DNA of 64,000 nt, from the NCBI GenBank assembly GCA_965649765.1, contig OZ287757.1, forward strand, positions 52,018,001 to 52,082,000. Reading direction: 5' to 3'. The notes below the pieces were generated by a model. That model had not been told where the DNA came from and did no database searches. It saw nothing but the letters and a program-made list of their open reading frames with translations. Shown here one piece after another: positions 22,664 through 35,929 of the stretch. This DNA comes from Bispira polyomma (taxonomy: Eukaryota). Position 1 is the stretch's first letter. Each line of letters opens with the position of its first letter. The position numbers and the translations under genes are program-made.

Positions 22664-22944
22664 GAAACCAGTCTAACAAAATGGCGGCAGATGTAAACAA
22701 AATCTATCGAAAAATAAAGGCAAATATCTGGGGGAATATTAGAAATTAGAACGAAAATGTATGTTGGGAGCAGAAATTAGACCAAAGTTATTGTTTTCGC
22801 GAAGTGAATTAGGATTATAGGCGATAATGACAGATTTTTACTATAAAACGTGTACGTTTTTGAGCCCCCGAATAGCAATTTCGCCCCGGTTTTCTCCAAA
22901 ATTCGGCCCGTAATCGGGTAACCGGGCCCCCTGTCTCACCCCTA
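22664..22944 (-). mobile_element. Inverted, right-end-truncated copy of the hAT-like element
   Basis: 281 bp reverse-complementary to 22159-22439 with 3 mismatches found by eye. Confidence 0.9.
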
Positions 22945-23532
22945 GTATCAAAAGAGGGCTGCCATTTTAAATGGTCATCAGAGTCAATATATATCTGACT
23001 ATACCTGGTAGTGTTGGTAACGGTGTGTCGGTAACGGTGTGTCCTTAACGGTGTGTTGGTCCAGTGTTGGTAACGGTGTAACGGTATACCGCATTTCGTT
23101 TCCTTTTGGACAACTATGGCGATCACTGCTATAGAGTGTTTGTAACTGGTTGACGAAAATATTAATATTTTACCTTCAATATTTTTACCTTTAAATGTGT
23201 ATTTCTTCAAAACATTGAAATATAAGTAATTTTTACAATAAATGAAACAAAATAGCAATATTATTCACAGGAAACGAAACATAGATCATGTACACTTCTG
23301 GTAACATTGCATGTGTCAAAAGATGTTTAGGCTGGCAACCTAACAAAATCAGCTGTCTCCCCGAATTTTTATTTGGAAAAAAATAATGTGATTATAACAA
23401 TAATCCTATGCCTCAGCTGATAATGTAAAAAAAATAGACCCATCTTATTTTTGTGTGCGCATTGGAGCTTTTTGTGACACTTTAAAGACAGTTGAATTGA
23501 CTGAGTTGTACCCTGTGTGCTTTGTTATATAG

Positions 23533-23649
23533 GGTTGGTTAAAGTGTGAAGACTCCACCTGTGGGGCTCGGGTCAAGAAACTACCACTGATGTTCCACAG
23601 AGGTCACCCGGTGTGTCAAGTGTGTAACCGGGGGTTACTGCATCCAGAG
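23533..23649 (+). CDS. POLA1: POLA1 exon with second Zn site (GWLKCEDSTC...PVCQVCNRGLLHPE)
   Basis: tatag/gtgagt; 117 nt; aligns to human GWLICEEPTC...PLCPACMKATLQPE. Confidence 0.95.
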
Positions 23650-23813
23650 GTGAGTGTCACCATAGTAACACAAAGAAAATACTGCTACAGTATTAGTAAT
23701 AGTGTAGAAGACGGCAAACCAGATACCAATTATAGTAGACAGGGCATGAGCAGTAGTCCAAGACTATTAAAAATCGAAATGGACAACTAAAGCCTCTGCA
23801 AAACTAGCCAATA

Positions 23814-24181
23814 GTGGGTAAATAATTTGGGTTGATGTACATCGATATCAAATGTAAAATCGGCTAATATCGGGACATAGCAAGAAATTTGTAAATAAAC
23901 TGGTACTAATCTCAAAAAATAAATGAAAAAACCTGCCCGAATAAAGCCGGAAGTGAGAAACTGCTAAATATGTTTACAAATAGGAACGGTCATGAAATGG
24001 TTATAATTCATTGTTTAAAAGGTCTTAACCCTTAAAGTATGATTAAATTGTTGTAAAAAAGTTTTCCCAAGGTGAAATATGTGTCATTTATGATAGCGAT
24101 AGGTTGGTATTTCACCTCTATATCGGAATGCACAAGCCCAAACAAAAGAAATTGTCTATATTAACAAATAATTTACCCACT
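23814..24181. mobile_element. ~370-bp TIR element (family M4)
   Basis: AGTGGGTAAATAATTT / AAATAATTTACCCACT ends; related to ~29781-30132, ~20530-20775 (inverted) and ~8200-8650 (inverted). Confidence 0.65.
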
Positions 24182-24284
24182 ACTAGACAAGCAGACTACT
24201 TTATTTATTTGAAAATATATTGCAAATTTTTAACTTAACTAACACTGCAAATATGAAGGATAAAAATCTCTTATTATCACTCAG

Positions 24285-24536
24285 GTGCCGCGGCGGCCTA
24301 GTAGTTATAAACGTCAGCTTGAAAATCACTGGCCTCTCAACTTTTGGATCAGCTGATTGTGAGTTCGCATCCTGGTGATTGTATGTGGGAAAGGTTGTAG
24401 TTCCTTACTGTGGGCCGCTGGTTTCAGTGCAGAACCTTGACCGACTGTAAGCACTGTTTCCTTCCTTAAACTTCCCAGTATAACCGATTCAAAGGCACTC
24501 GAGTGGACGTTAAAAATCCAACCAAATTCAAAACTC
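24285..24536 (+). mobile_element. SINE family A copy (more diverged)
   Basis: Family A core; TSD attatcactcag at 24273-24284 / 24537-24548. Confidence 0.8.
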
Positions 24537-24617
24537 ATTATCACTCAGTTGTTTTGAACCCAATACAATATTTGAATGCTGCAAAGTGTATACCTTTTTA
24601 CATTTAGTATTTTAGTA

Positions 24618-24780
24618 GTGTTTAATCATGTGTAAACTATGCTCTACTTGTCAAACTAAACTATTGACTATATTGTGTTTAATCATGTGTAAACTATGCT
24701 CTACTTGTCAAACTAAACTATTGACTATATTGTGTTTAATCATGTGTAAACTATGCTCAAACTGAACTATTGACTATATT
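24618..24780 (+). repeat. 57-bp tandem repeat x3
   Basis: gtgtttaatcatgtgtaaactatgctc...ctattgactatatt; the third unit has a short deletion. Confidence 0.9.
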
Positions 24781-25961
24781 TTGGCTGGATTACCAAACCT
24801 TTGTTCAGACTAACAAGGATTAAAATCATGGAAGTCCGGCAGACTACCACGATATTTTGTGAAACATCAACCCCGGGTAGACTATCTATAACTAGCACCA
24901 GTATAAGTCATATACCTCTAGTACTAGATAGTGAGTGGACGATTTGACGAACGTCTAAGTGTTCGTCGGTCTATTGACACATAGACGTTGGTCGTTAAAG
25001 ATCATCAGAAAATCGATCATAACTCACCAAAAAATCACTATATAATAAATTCGGCCCGGGATAGTAGAATAAGTAACCTAATACTTTTTTACAATAAAAT
25101 TATGTTAATAATCTATTTCAGATCGATCATCGGTCGGACAATCAAGCAATATATCGACCTGCAAAATACAGACCAATTGTACTCACTAGTACTAGAACCA
25201 ATTTTGGGGAATCCAACTTTGAAAAAAATACGAGCTTTAAAGTAGCTACAAGTGTAGAAATTTAGGTTAGCCATCAAGATGATTCTGATATTATGGCACT
25301 TTGAGGTCTCTTATAGGGAACGTTCAGTGCCTAAAAAAGTCGATTAGATAAGTAGAACTGAATCCTGTTACGGACATTCAACTTTCACAGAGAGGCCACT
25401 GTATTTCAGTCGTTTTAAACTATAAAAGAAGTCTATCACAAAATAAAATGTTATCCAAATTAGATATTTCTAAACGTTATCAAAAGTGTGTCATTAAGAA
25501 TAGGGGGGAGGGGGGGGGGCTTTTTTTATGGACAATTATGTTATTGTATATCTATACAGTTATAAGTACTAATGCTAATCTCTTCAGAATTTGCGACAGT
25601 GTTATTTCTATAACGTTTACCAAGTAAATAGTTGTCATGATTTGATCTACACAGAATATGCCATCTGTGTCAGTTGATACTTTTCACCTCCAGTGCGTCC
25701 TCCACTGTTTAAAACGTACTTAGATGAGAATGATGATTAAACTTGGCAGAGTTTGACACACACTAATGCAGTTAGAGAAGTGTTGTTAGTTTATTGTTTG
25801 TTTATTGTATTAATATAATAGACAAACCTGTGTCCGACTTGTGCCAAATACTGTAACAGTATAAATTTTCACTTGAGAAATAATTTTAGCCAACGACTTG
25901 CGACAGTAAAGTGAAAATTTGTACTTTTTTATTGGACTTTTAACTACAAAAAATATAGCTA

Positions 25962-26674
25962 CAATGAAACCCTGTTAATTCGAATCATCAGGACCAAATT
26001 TGCTCTACTTAACAGGAATTCTACTTAACAGTAGTACTGCGAGTTCGGTGCAAAAAACGAATTCGGACTTCGGTACGTTCCAAACGAACGAACTTCTGTT
26101 TGTGATCGATCTTTTATGTCAAATCTGTGGTAAACTAAAATATCCTCAAAAAGTTATAAAAACACTACAATTGGCTTTAAATTAATGCATTTCATCATAA
26201 TTCACCTAAAAACGATTTATATACTTTTAATTTTGCACAACATACACCAAAACATCAGATATTTACAACTTCTCTATTTGTCAAGAACTTGGGACATATC
26301 GGCGACCACAAAGACTAAATTCATTAAAATTATAGCTAGCTATTGCTTTTCTTCGTATAAACTACCAAATTACCCTAAAAACTATTTCAACAATTTGTTT
26401 TTTACTTAATTTTGCTTTAAAACCCCATAAAAAAACGATTTAATTTGCGGGCGATAATATAATATTTGAATGAATTTCTAGCATTGCCGAACATGCGAAT
26501 TTGACCGAATCGGACCGAACCTCGTTTTCAAAAGCTAATCCAAGCAAACTTTCGATCTTCGGCGAAGATCGTCGCAGCACTACTTAACAGGGTAAAGTTT
26601 TATCAGAAATATAGCAATGGGACCGTAATGTAACTTCTACTTAACAGGTAATTCCACTTATCAGATTTCTACTG
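25962..26674. mobile_element. Pogo-like MITE with a nested ~555-bp TIR element (26030-26584; possibly Kolobok-like)
   Basis: Outer ta-CAATGAAACC...TTTCTACTG-ta; inner AGTAGTACTGCGA / TCGCAGCACTACT flanked by taac on both sides. Confidence 0.5.
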
Positions 26675-27092
26675 TAATTGTGAAAATTAGTTCCAGTGAA
26701 CTGCTTAAAAATAGTAATTTTAGCCAAAAGTTGAAGTTGTACAGTATGTATACAAACATTAATAGCAAACTGGACACATCTACCTGCGGCCATGTGTTTC
26801 AAATTCAGTGGAGACTCTTGTGTGTGTAGCCTTGGTGAAGGCGTACCAAATAACGTTATATTATTTCTTACGTTTGTCAGTTACTTGGTGTAGGTGGGTA
26901 GTTTACAGTGCTTCAGCTCTGGTTTCCTTTACTGTTAATTAAATCTTACCACCATCACCATATGGCCTGAGCTGTTCAAAGTGATGTAAAAGCCACCTAA
27001 ATACTTAAAAGAAATATGTGCTTGTGAACTCTTGGCAAAATAAGTGCAGTGACAATAGCCAGCGTACCACCTGCCACATACATATATGGAAG

Positions 27093-27325
27093 AGCTGCGG
27101 TGGCCTAGTGATTAGATGTGGTGACGTGCTTGCTAATAATCACCGATCTCTCACCAATGTGGGTTTGAATCCTGTTCATTCCTTCATGTGGGATAGTTTG
27201 TCAGATACTTGCCGTGGGTCAGTGGTTTACAGTTGCCGCAGCACTGGTTTCTGCCACCATTGAATCTGGCCATCATGATATGACCTAATCTGTTGAAAGC
27301 GACATAACTTTTACGAAATTCAAAT
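27093..27325 (+). mobile_element. SINE family B copy (others at ~26787-27000 and ~27718-27908)
   Basis: GCGGTGGCCTAGTG head, GGTTTGAATCC B-box, family B core and tail. Confidence 0.75.
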
Positions 27326-27534
27326 ATATCTATGGACTTCTATTTCTTTTAGGATTGACTTTTTTTTAAGCCACAAGCCACGGTTGTGTACATGCAAACA
27401 TAGCCTTAGAGGGGCATTCCTATATGAAACCTGATACACCCCCTGAGACAATTGATTTTATACACGTACAGGCGCTTCGTTTTCTTATTTCTACCGTCTT
27501 AACACACCTATAATGTGTTTTGCTTGTATTTCAG

Positions 27535-27631
27535 TACTCCGACTCCGAGTTATACCACCAGCTGTGCTTCTACCAGTTCATATTTGACCTTGACAAGGCC
27601 ATGAACAGGTTCACCGACCCCGTGGAAAGAG
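27535..27631 (+). CDS. POLA1: POLA1 exon (YSDSELYHQLCFYQFIFDLDKAMNRFTDPVER)
   Basis: ttcag/gtaaag; 97 nt; matches human YSDKSLYTQLCFYRYIFD. Not in the ORF track. Confidence 0.95.
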
Positions 27632-28584
27632 GTAAAGTCAAGGCCATATTCCTTGGTCTTATATATAACTAAAAGGTCCAGCCTACATGATTTGGTGCAT
27701 AAAATGATTGATCATTTGAGGCTGTGCTGACCTAGTGGATTCGAATCCTGTTTGTTCCTCCAAGTGAGAAAGTTTGTCAGGTACTTGCCCTAGGTCGGTG
27801 CTTTATCGTGGCTTCGGCACTGGTTTCATCCACCATTGAATCTAGCCGTCGTAATATGAAAGTGTTGAAACACTGTTAAAAGTAACATAAAACCCGAGTA
27901 AATTCAAGTTAAGGGTTTGCTGATAGAGCCTGCATTCTAAAAATACTCTAATTCACCTCAGATGAAAGCTATGTGGAAGTCTCTTCACATACAGTAAATA
28001 GCCCTTTACTTGTTACCCTTCCTTGTATGAGAGCTTTCAGCTTTAAAATTAAATTTGCAGTTTGATTAATTTAACTTTCTAACTGCAGTTTAACTGGTTC
28101 AGGAAATTTTAACAAGTTACTGGTTTTAATCAGAAAATTTATGTTTCTAAACTTTTGTTATTTTTTTTTTTTTTATTGTTATAATTGAACTATATATTTA
28201 TATGTATATATAACGATCTACAATTACAACAGTACAGTTTAAATTAGTTTTTTTTTAGCAGGCATTTCACATGATCACAGTAACACAAAACATTACAATT
28301 ACACAGACACTTTTGTTGTAAACTTTTTCCTGTATAATTTACCAGTCGACATGTATCACTTAATTTTAGTTCCTGGAAAACACATCTGCTCTCATTATAT
28401 TTTACTGATACATGTTTTCATCATTTGTAAAATATCTTTCACCCTACATTTGACTTCATTGAATTTGTACATAAATTTAGTTCATACCATAGGACATCCT
28501 AATTGTTTGTGTCTAAACTGAATTTCAGTTAAAATTTGTCTAACATTTAATTTGTTGATATATATTTTTTTTGATACACCACAG

Positions 28585-28739
28585 ATTTTGCACGCAAGAT
28601 CTTTGCCAGTAAGAATGCGGATTCACTGCGAGGGTTTTACAGACAGTTGAAATGCCACATGGACAGAACTATTCGACACAGTGCCTACAATGAGGTCAAC
28701 CTGAATAGACTATTTGATGGCTTGTTCACCCTCAGATAG
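28585..28739 (+). CDS. POLA1: POLA1 last coding exon (D|FARKIF...SAYNEVNLNRLFDGLFTLR*)
   Basis: acag acceptor, phase 1, TAG at 28737-28739; matches human SGYSEVNLSKLF. Not in the ORF track. Confidence 0.92.
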
Positions 28740-28812
28740 AGATATCATACCACCTCTAGACTTTCTCAGGCTTAACTAATATATATTTAACTCTATCAAA
28801 CTTTATGAGAAA

Positions 28813-28818
28813 AATAAA
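28813..28818 (+). terminator. Candidate proximal poly(A) signal of POLA1
   Basis: AATAAA ~75 nt after the stop; further candidates at ~28917 and 30501-30506. Weak evidence in AT-rich DNA. Confidence 0.35.
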
Positions 28819-28954
28819 ATAATAATTAATATAATAGCCTTGCCCGTGTGTTTTAGAAGTAAAAATTTCCAATTCTTGTTCATGTTTTTTTACAAAATAA
28901 GATTTTATTTTGAAAAAATAAATTACTAAACTAGATTTTGTTACACCCAGAGTA

Positions 28955-29145
28955 CAGTAGAACCTCTATTATCCAAACTTCTATTGTCTGAATATTCGAT
29001 TTTATGAACTCCTTTCCACTTTCTCAAATTTATGTATTTTGTTTTCCTATTGTTTTTAACTAAAATGATGCTTGTTTCATGAAGGTTCTTTTATCTGAAC
29101 AAAATTTTGCTCTTTCAACATTTTCAGATAATAGAGATTCTACTG
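28955..29145. mobile_element. MITE family M1 copy
   Basis: ta-CAGTAGAACCTCTATTATCC ... GATAATAGAGATTCTACTG-ta. Confidence 0.75.
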
Positions 29146-29324
29146 TATATATATTATAGCAATGGGGCATTATTTTCAGTGGGGTATTGCTTTCTACTGT
29201 GTTGTCCAGATAATTGAGTTAGGGTTAAGTTTGCCACGGTTAGTTCTCGGGTAAACTGTGAGGCCGAGGGAAGTTTCCATTTGGTCCAAATATTCCTTAT
29301 AAGGGGAGATGTGTTGGGTGTGCA

Positions 29325-29710
29325 ATGGTATGGTCTGATGTCACCCAATGGCATGGATCACTTCGTAGATGGTCACGCACCCGTCAATTTGATGTATTGT
29401 GGGTTATCTTTGGGATAAATATGAAACGCTTTGAATGGATGGTTCCGAAGAATAACGGGAAAAAAAAAGATTACCCACAAAAAAAAAGATTACCCACAAT
29501 ATATCAAATTGACGGGTGCATGACCATCCACGAAGTGATCAATGGTCTGATGTCGCCCAATGGCATGGTCCGATGTCACCCAACGACAGGGTCTGATGTC
29601 ACCCAATGGCATGGTGTGATGTCACCCAGTGGCATGGTCTGATGTCACCCAGTGGCATGGTCTGATGTCACCCAATGGCATGGTTTGAGGTCACCTAATG
29701 GCATTGTCTG
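29325..29710 (+). repeat. 23-bp minisatellite (TGGTCTGATGTCACCCAATGGCA) interrupted by a MITE
   Basis: One unit before and about seven after the 29356-29540 insertion. Confidence 0.9.
29356..29540. mobile_element. 185-bp MITE with ~55-bp TIRs
   Basis: GATCACTTCGTAGATGGTCACGCACCCGTCAATTTGAT... / ...ATCAAATTGACGGGTGCATGACCATCCACGAAGTGATC; 4-bp flanks catg/aatg. Confidence 0.8.
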
Positions 29711-30959
29711 AACCCAACTGCTGTCAGAATCAGGTTTTAGCATCTCCAATGTTTTATTCCAAAGTATGGACGGCTGTGCCAGCGGGTAAATCATTTGGGT
29801 TGATGGACAGCGATATCAAACGTAAAATTACTTCAATATTGACCAATATCGGGACATACTTAGAAAGTTTGAAGAAACTGAAATGTTTCTTCAAAACGAA
29901 CCAAACCGGCAGTGCGAAACGGTAAATGTGTTTAAAAGTAAAAATGGACTTAAAGTGGATGTCGTTCATTATATAAAAGGTATTAAACTTAAAATACAAA
30001 ATTGTTGAATAAATGTGGTCCCAAGGTGTAATATGTATTGTTTATGATATTGATGTGTTTGTGTTACATATCCATATCGGCATGCAATAGCCCAAACAAT
30101 AAAGATTGGCGATATCAATAAACCATTACCCCAAGGTATAAAAGCTCAATAGTGACATTACCTATTATTTGAGGATAGGCAAAAACAAGGGTAATTCTAA
30201 CTGATTTATACATGCACTAGCAGCAAAGAAAATATTTACTTTCATGTGTAGTTTTTACAGTGTGTGTACAGAGTAATTATTGAACTCTTAGATGTGTATA
30301 TAACAAAGTTTTGTACAAAAGTTTATACTTCTATTGCATTTACAAAAAAAAATGTTATGTTAGAAGATTATTGAATGCATGTTTTATCAATTTATTCGTA
30401 TAAAGATGTTTTTTTATTAGTTTGCCTTTATATTTTGAGGTTTAAAACATTGATATCAATATTTACTTTATATATGTCATAAAAACTGTGTTTTACAGCT
30501 AATAAACATTAAAATTTACTACACAAATTATTTCATTTTTAATAACCCTGGAACTTTCTCCTGAAACACTGTAAACCACTGGACTACCGGTGGAAATGTG
30601 TTGTTTCAAAAATAGCAACATACTTGTTGCACTGCAGGCAAATTTCACAGACACCATCCATGGAATCAAGATCAGTAGATCAATGGATTCGGTTGTAAAA
30701 TGGACTGAATTGTGAACCAGATCAGTGATCTGTTGATGTTCCTCAAGAGGTAGTTCAGCGGATTCAGATCGAACTCAAGGAGTACTGTTCAATACTGAAA
30801 TCTATGTCATAGGTGGCCATTTTTATTCTAAAAACTAATGTTTTGTATTTGACAAATCTAGCAAATCCAACAAATCTAGATCGTAATCTAGAGTGCACAG
30901 ATTCTCGTCTGTGAAATACACCCATTATATTCTTGTTTCGAAATGTGCTTTTAAATTTT

Positions 30960-31207
30960 TGAATTTGGGATATTTAATGTCCACTCTAGTAGCTGTTTAG
31001 GTTATATTGGGACAGGTAGTTGGAAACTCTGGAGGAAACAGTGCATACAGTTGATCAAGATTCTGCACTGAAACCAGCGGCCCACAGTAATGAACTACCA
31101 CCTTTCCCACATAAGCATCGACGGGATTCAAACTCACGCTGCCCAGAGGTGAGAGACCAGTGATTGTGAAGCGCAATGCTTGCTAACCATTAGGCCACTG
31201 CGGCCCC
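30960..31207 (-). mobile_element. SINE family A copy
   Basis: Reverse complement of the 42604-42873 element. Confidence 0.85.
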
Positions 31208-31544
31208 GGCCCATATGCTCCAAAGGAACTCTACCTCAAGCTCATTGTCTGACTCAAAGATAGGCTATATGAAATCTGTGTACATGGAATCAACCTATAC
31301 TTGTGACCTTTAATTTTAATCGAGCTTTCAACCCTGAATTCAAATATGTAGTCAGATTTGCCTTCACTTTAATAAAGCCAGAGATATGGAGACTTCAGAT
31401 TTGAGTGGAGCTGGAAATGTTTCAAGAAGACAGCCAGTGGTACATAACTTCACGAAAAAACATCAAAAGGCATTTTTTCTGATGCCAACAGTTACTTGGG
31501 AGTTCTGCTGATATAGTAATATTTAGTGTCCATTAGATTGAAAA

Positions 31545-31730
31545 TTTTTATGATCGCTTTCAACATCTTGGGTCATATAATGACTGCCAGATATATTGGT
31601 GGTGGAAGAAACCAGTGCTAAAGCCACACTGTAAACCACTGCCCTACGACAAGTACCAATTCAAAACCACATTGGTGAGAGGCCAGTGATTGTGAAGCAG
31701 ACGCTTCTAACCACTAGACCACCACAGCCC
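31545..31730 (-). mobile_element. SINE family B copy
   Basis: Reverse-strand family B head (ctaaccactagacc) and core (ggtggaagaaaccagtgc). Confidence 0.65.
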
Positions 31731-34700
31731 TATTAGATTATGTATGATTTTTCTCCATAACAGCCTCCATGTTCCGGGACAGTCTCCCAGTTGAGCAAAG
31801 ATCACCAGAAACACTTCATCACTTATAGGAAAAAACTTAAAACCTATCTTTTCAAGCTCACTTATCCCTCTTCATTCCTTCAAATGCATAATAATATATC
31901 CTGAAAAAAAGTGAAAATATTTTTATACATGCATTCCATAGATAACCCCCTTATGAGCTAGTCTTTGTCATGTTCACGACATTGGTTACAATACGTGAAA
32001 GGCATAAAATCAGTTGTTTAGAGGTGATAATATTAACCAAAAATAGGAAATTGATGGTAACACTGACAACACCTGCAGGTAAAGGCAACTGTGAATTGCA
32101 ATAACTGAGTTGAGTGCTTGCTCTGGGAGTAACAAATGGTTCTTAGGTTCTGGGAGTAACAAATGTCGTTGGCTGCTAGTCGATGACATAAGGGTTGATG
32201 GGGTTAACACTTCATTCATGGTCTCACTTTTCTGTATTTCATCATCTCAGCTCATAGAAGCACACCATGCCTCCCTTGAACCTTTGTTCAACAATTACTC
32301 GTCTCCACTGCTCACCAGCTATATTCAGTGAGTTCACATCTAACCATATCAATCATTGCACAAATGCTAGCCTGCCGAGTTTTTGTACATGTATTTGGCA
32401 CTTAAAACCAAAAAACTACTCCAGATAAAACTACATGTCATCAAGTTGTTAAAACTAAAGGGAAGGGGATTAGCTCATTGCTAACGGATAATAAAGACAT
32501 GGTTACTATATACCTTTCATTGCTTCTGTCTTAAAATATCTATACTGATACTAAATTGCTATGGAGTAACTAGTTGTGTGTAGCTACAGACACATAATAA
32601 TCATGCTATTATTTGCAGCCTGAGACAGGTGTAATTTATTGAAGACATTGAGCAGATACAAAACACCATGTACGTCTAATATAGGAATAACCCATGACAA
32701 AGCTTGGTTTACCACGATTGGAGGCGTAGTAACACGTCTAACATAACAAATTAAATTATTATGCCTGATTACAGCTTTTTTTTTACTGCATAATTATGTT
32801 TTTGAAGGAACTATATCTACTGGGGATTCAGTACACTTCAGGCGTCTATTTCCGTCTAAAGGTATACGGTAATTTTTACCGAGGTTGTCAGCCAATCAGA
32901 ATCAGGGACACAGCCGTGTCATGTTAGAATTGTTTTTTACTGAACATAAAGAGACAGTTTTCTATTATCATCAAGGGATGAACATTTAACATCAGATTTG
33001 TAAAGTTAAAAATAAATCTGATTGGCATTTTTTTTAATGTAATGTCTAATACATACACATAGGTTACCCTCGTCCAGTAGGGTTTACTGAAGTCTGCACC
33101 CTGGCTGAGGAATGTATGCGGGAAAGTTGACAATACACTTGCTGAAAACCAGTGGTTTGCAGATAAGAAATCTTGTAAAATTGTTGGAAACCAAGTTTTA
33201 AATCCCTATTAGTATATAGACATGTTTCAAACTGCTTCACCTACACAATAAGAATAAGTGACATATGTGCATTGTAATCTTCCAAAGAAAGACTCAAAAA
33301 ATTTATAGTTAAACCAAAGCATTCTTAGAAGGCGAAGTATATGTAATATACTTCAACTTCATTGTTGGAGATGTCTATATTCCAGCAAGATAGTTCAATT
33401 CTAATTCCCATTCAAATCATGTCACTCTAGAACTACAGAACATTCCCCCAGCTGGCTTTCCAGTTACTTCTTACTAGTTAATAATTATCAAAGCCTTTCA
33501 AGACAGTGTCTACAGATACAATTTTAAGGTGGATAAAACCAATATTAGCCTTGTCATGATGAGACATTAATACTTCTGTGTTTGGTGCTCACAGCAAACG
33601 ATCTGATTGTACTTCAAAAGCACATCATGCAGGTTTAAGTCATACCAATAGACCCTACTAGTGTACCTGCTGCTAGATGCTGACCAAACCTTTAGAACAA
33701 AAAGTCTCCTCTAATTATCAATTAAACTGAAGTATTTTACTGGTTGTTAAGTTGTAACACAGATGGTTTTAAATACTATCATATTTACAACATTCTGTGT
33801 GACTGAAGCCCCTGATTTAGGACACCAGATGCTTTGATGATCAGACCTAGTGCAGAGACTGTGGATACTAGAAAATTTGGCTAAAGTGACAAACTTAAAC
33901 TCATGTTTATAAACTCAAACACCACAGTTATAGACTTCTTTATAGAAGAGATGTTTTAGTGAGGCTTTGAAATGTGTTGTGAAATTATATGTAATATATT
34001 ATCTTAAAGATATAATGGTATATGTCGGTCTAAATTGCAATTGAATACCACTTTATACATGTTCCAGGGGAGTTTAAACACCTACAAATCTACAGTATCT
34101 CCTATACTACAAATTTAAACTTAAAGTCACGCTTAAACTAAAATACCACATATATATATGTAAAGACCTTCAATACAGGTATGCCTGGACTTAAATTATG
34201 ATATGTGGTATTTAGTATATTCACTTTGACTTTAAGGTTTTTAAACCTGCAAAGTTGGATTTATATCTATTTACAAATGTCTTCCCAATAGCTCAGTTAA
34301 TTCAAAGGGTTGATATCATATACATTTTTATGAAAATCAATTTTTATATATTTTATAAATTTGGGAATAATTATATCTCCACAACAAGAGTTTTATAGCT
34401 CTAATATAATTCCAGTTTTAGCAGGGGGTTCGTTTTTAAACAAACCAAATATATACGACTGCTTCTCATCCTTTACTGGGGAGACAGATCTATCACCTGC
34501 CTCAAAATTGGGACAACACCTCCCGCCCAAAAGGGCCTATCTCCCCAACAAAACTCATGAGTATTCTATGCCCTTCTGGTGGACCCCACTACCACCACTA
34601 CCTAACTACCCTCTGAGTGCCAATTTCCTAACAATAATTAAATTCTGCAAAAATCCAAGTGACCTGTTTTAGTTGAGCTGAGGGGACAGGGCACCGGCGG

Positions 34701-35504
34701 GGTGTCGCTTCCAACGCACTTCCTGTCGAGAGCTGAGGGAACAGGCTAAAAGATCAAATTAAATATCCTCCCGTTCTCGTAAATTTTTAATGACGTAGTT
34801 AGCCCCGCGCTATAAGATCGAGTCGCTCAGAAACGGCAGAGCGAAAAAAAAAATTGTCTTTAGTTGATATAAAGCTGAGTTCTAATGTGTAATTTAAAAT
34901 ATATATGATTTTATATAGGTGTCCAATTGATTTCTTTAAGAATAATATATTTCTGTAAAATATAACAGCCAAAATATATATTATAGTGAGTTTTAAAGGC
35001 TGTTGTAACCATAGGCATTTTAAGGTAGTGTATATATAAATTGAGTGGACATTTTGACTCAATCTGCTTTTAAAGAATCAGATCAGATTGATGTCCGCCT
35101 TGGCTGTGTAAATGTCTTTGTTTTGGGGGGAAGATTTGATTAAGACAAACTAGTTGATATTGTGTGGAAATTTATTCTATAATTAAGTTACTGTAATATC
35201 TGGGGTGCAGCGATAATACAATCAAAAGTTTGTGGGTTTTTTAAATGAACATCTTTTACATTTCAACTTGACTGCATGAAGATTTGTTTTACAATTTTAA
35301 GAAGGAACTTGAAAGCTAATATTATAGTAAAAATTAGTTGTTAAATAATTTAAAAAAGTAAAAACCTGTCTATAATAAACAATTTTTTTTGTTGATCTTG
35401 CCATGAGTGAATTATATAGTACCTCTGAACAGTGAACACCTCTTTATAGTATTATATTGTTATTGGATGTATTATGTATTGGATTTTTAACGGGCCCTAT
35501 TCAT

Positions 35505-35830
35505 GCGAGGCATCTTCTAAAGCGCAACAACAGAATCAGATAGCCAAAAGAGAAGTCCAAGGACATAGCCAAGGTCGTAAGGAAGGATGTGGGTGTTTAC
35601 AAGGAGGGAACTAAGGGGAGTAGGCGAGTTTGAAGAGGTAGAGCTTCTTCCTAGAACTAGAAAGTGTTTCAAGTGATCTCAGCTCAACAGGCAGACTATT
35701 CCATAACATTTCGGGGAAGCAATAGAGAAAGCTCTAGATCCAGCCCTCTTGCTAGGTTTAAAAGAGGAAAGAGAAAGTTTCTTTCCTCTCTTAAGGTTAC
35801 TGAAGGCAAGGCGAGCAGCAAGGTAGGAAG
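35505..35830 (-). mobile_element. L2/CR1-type LINE 3' fragment (family La)
   Basis: GGCATCTTCTAAAGCGCAA end; colinear with 5470-5760 and 51220-51500. Confidence 0.6.
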
Positions 35831-35929
35831 GATGTTGAGAAATAATGCATATTTTAATGTATAGGAAGGTTTTACTGTAGTTTTACACAGTGGGGGTGAT
35901 TTGCTACCCCTGGTCCGTGAACTCAAGAT

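Noticed and set aside
22815-23258. 147-aa minus-strand ORF
   Set aside because: Runs across a MITE end, a short 14-bp repeat and AT-rich intron; no transposase or other motif.
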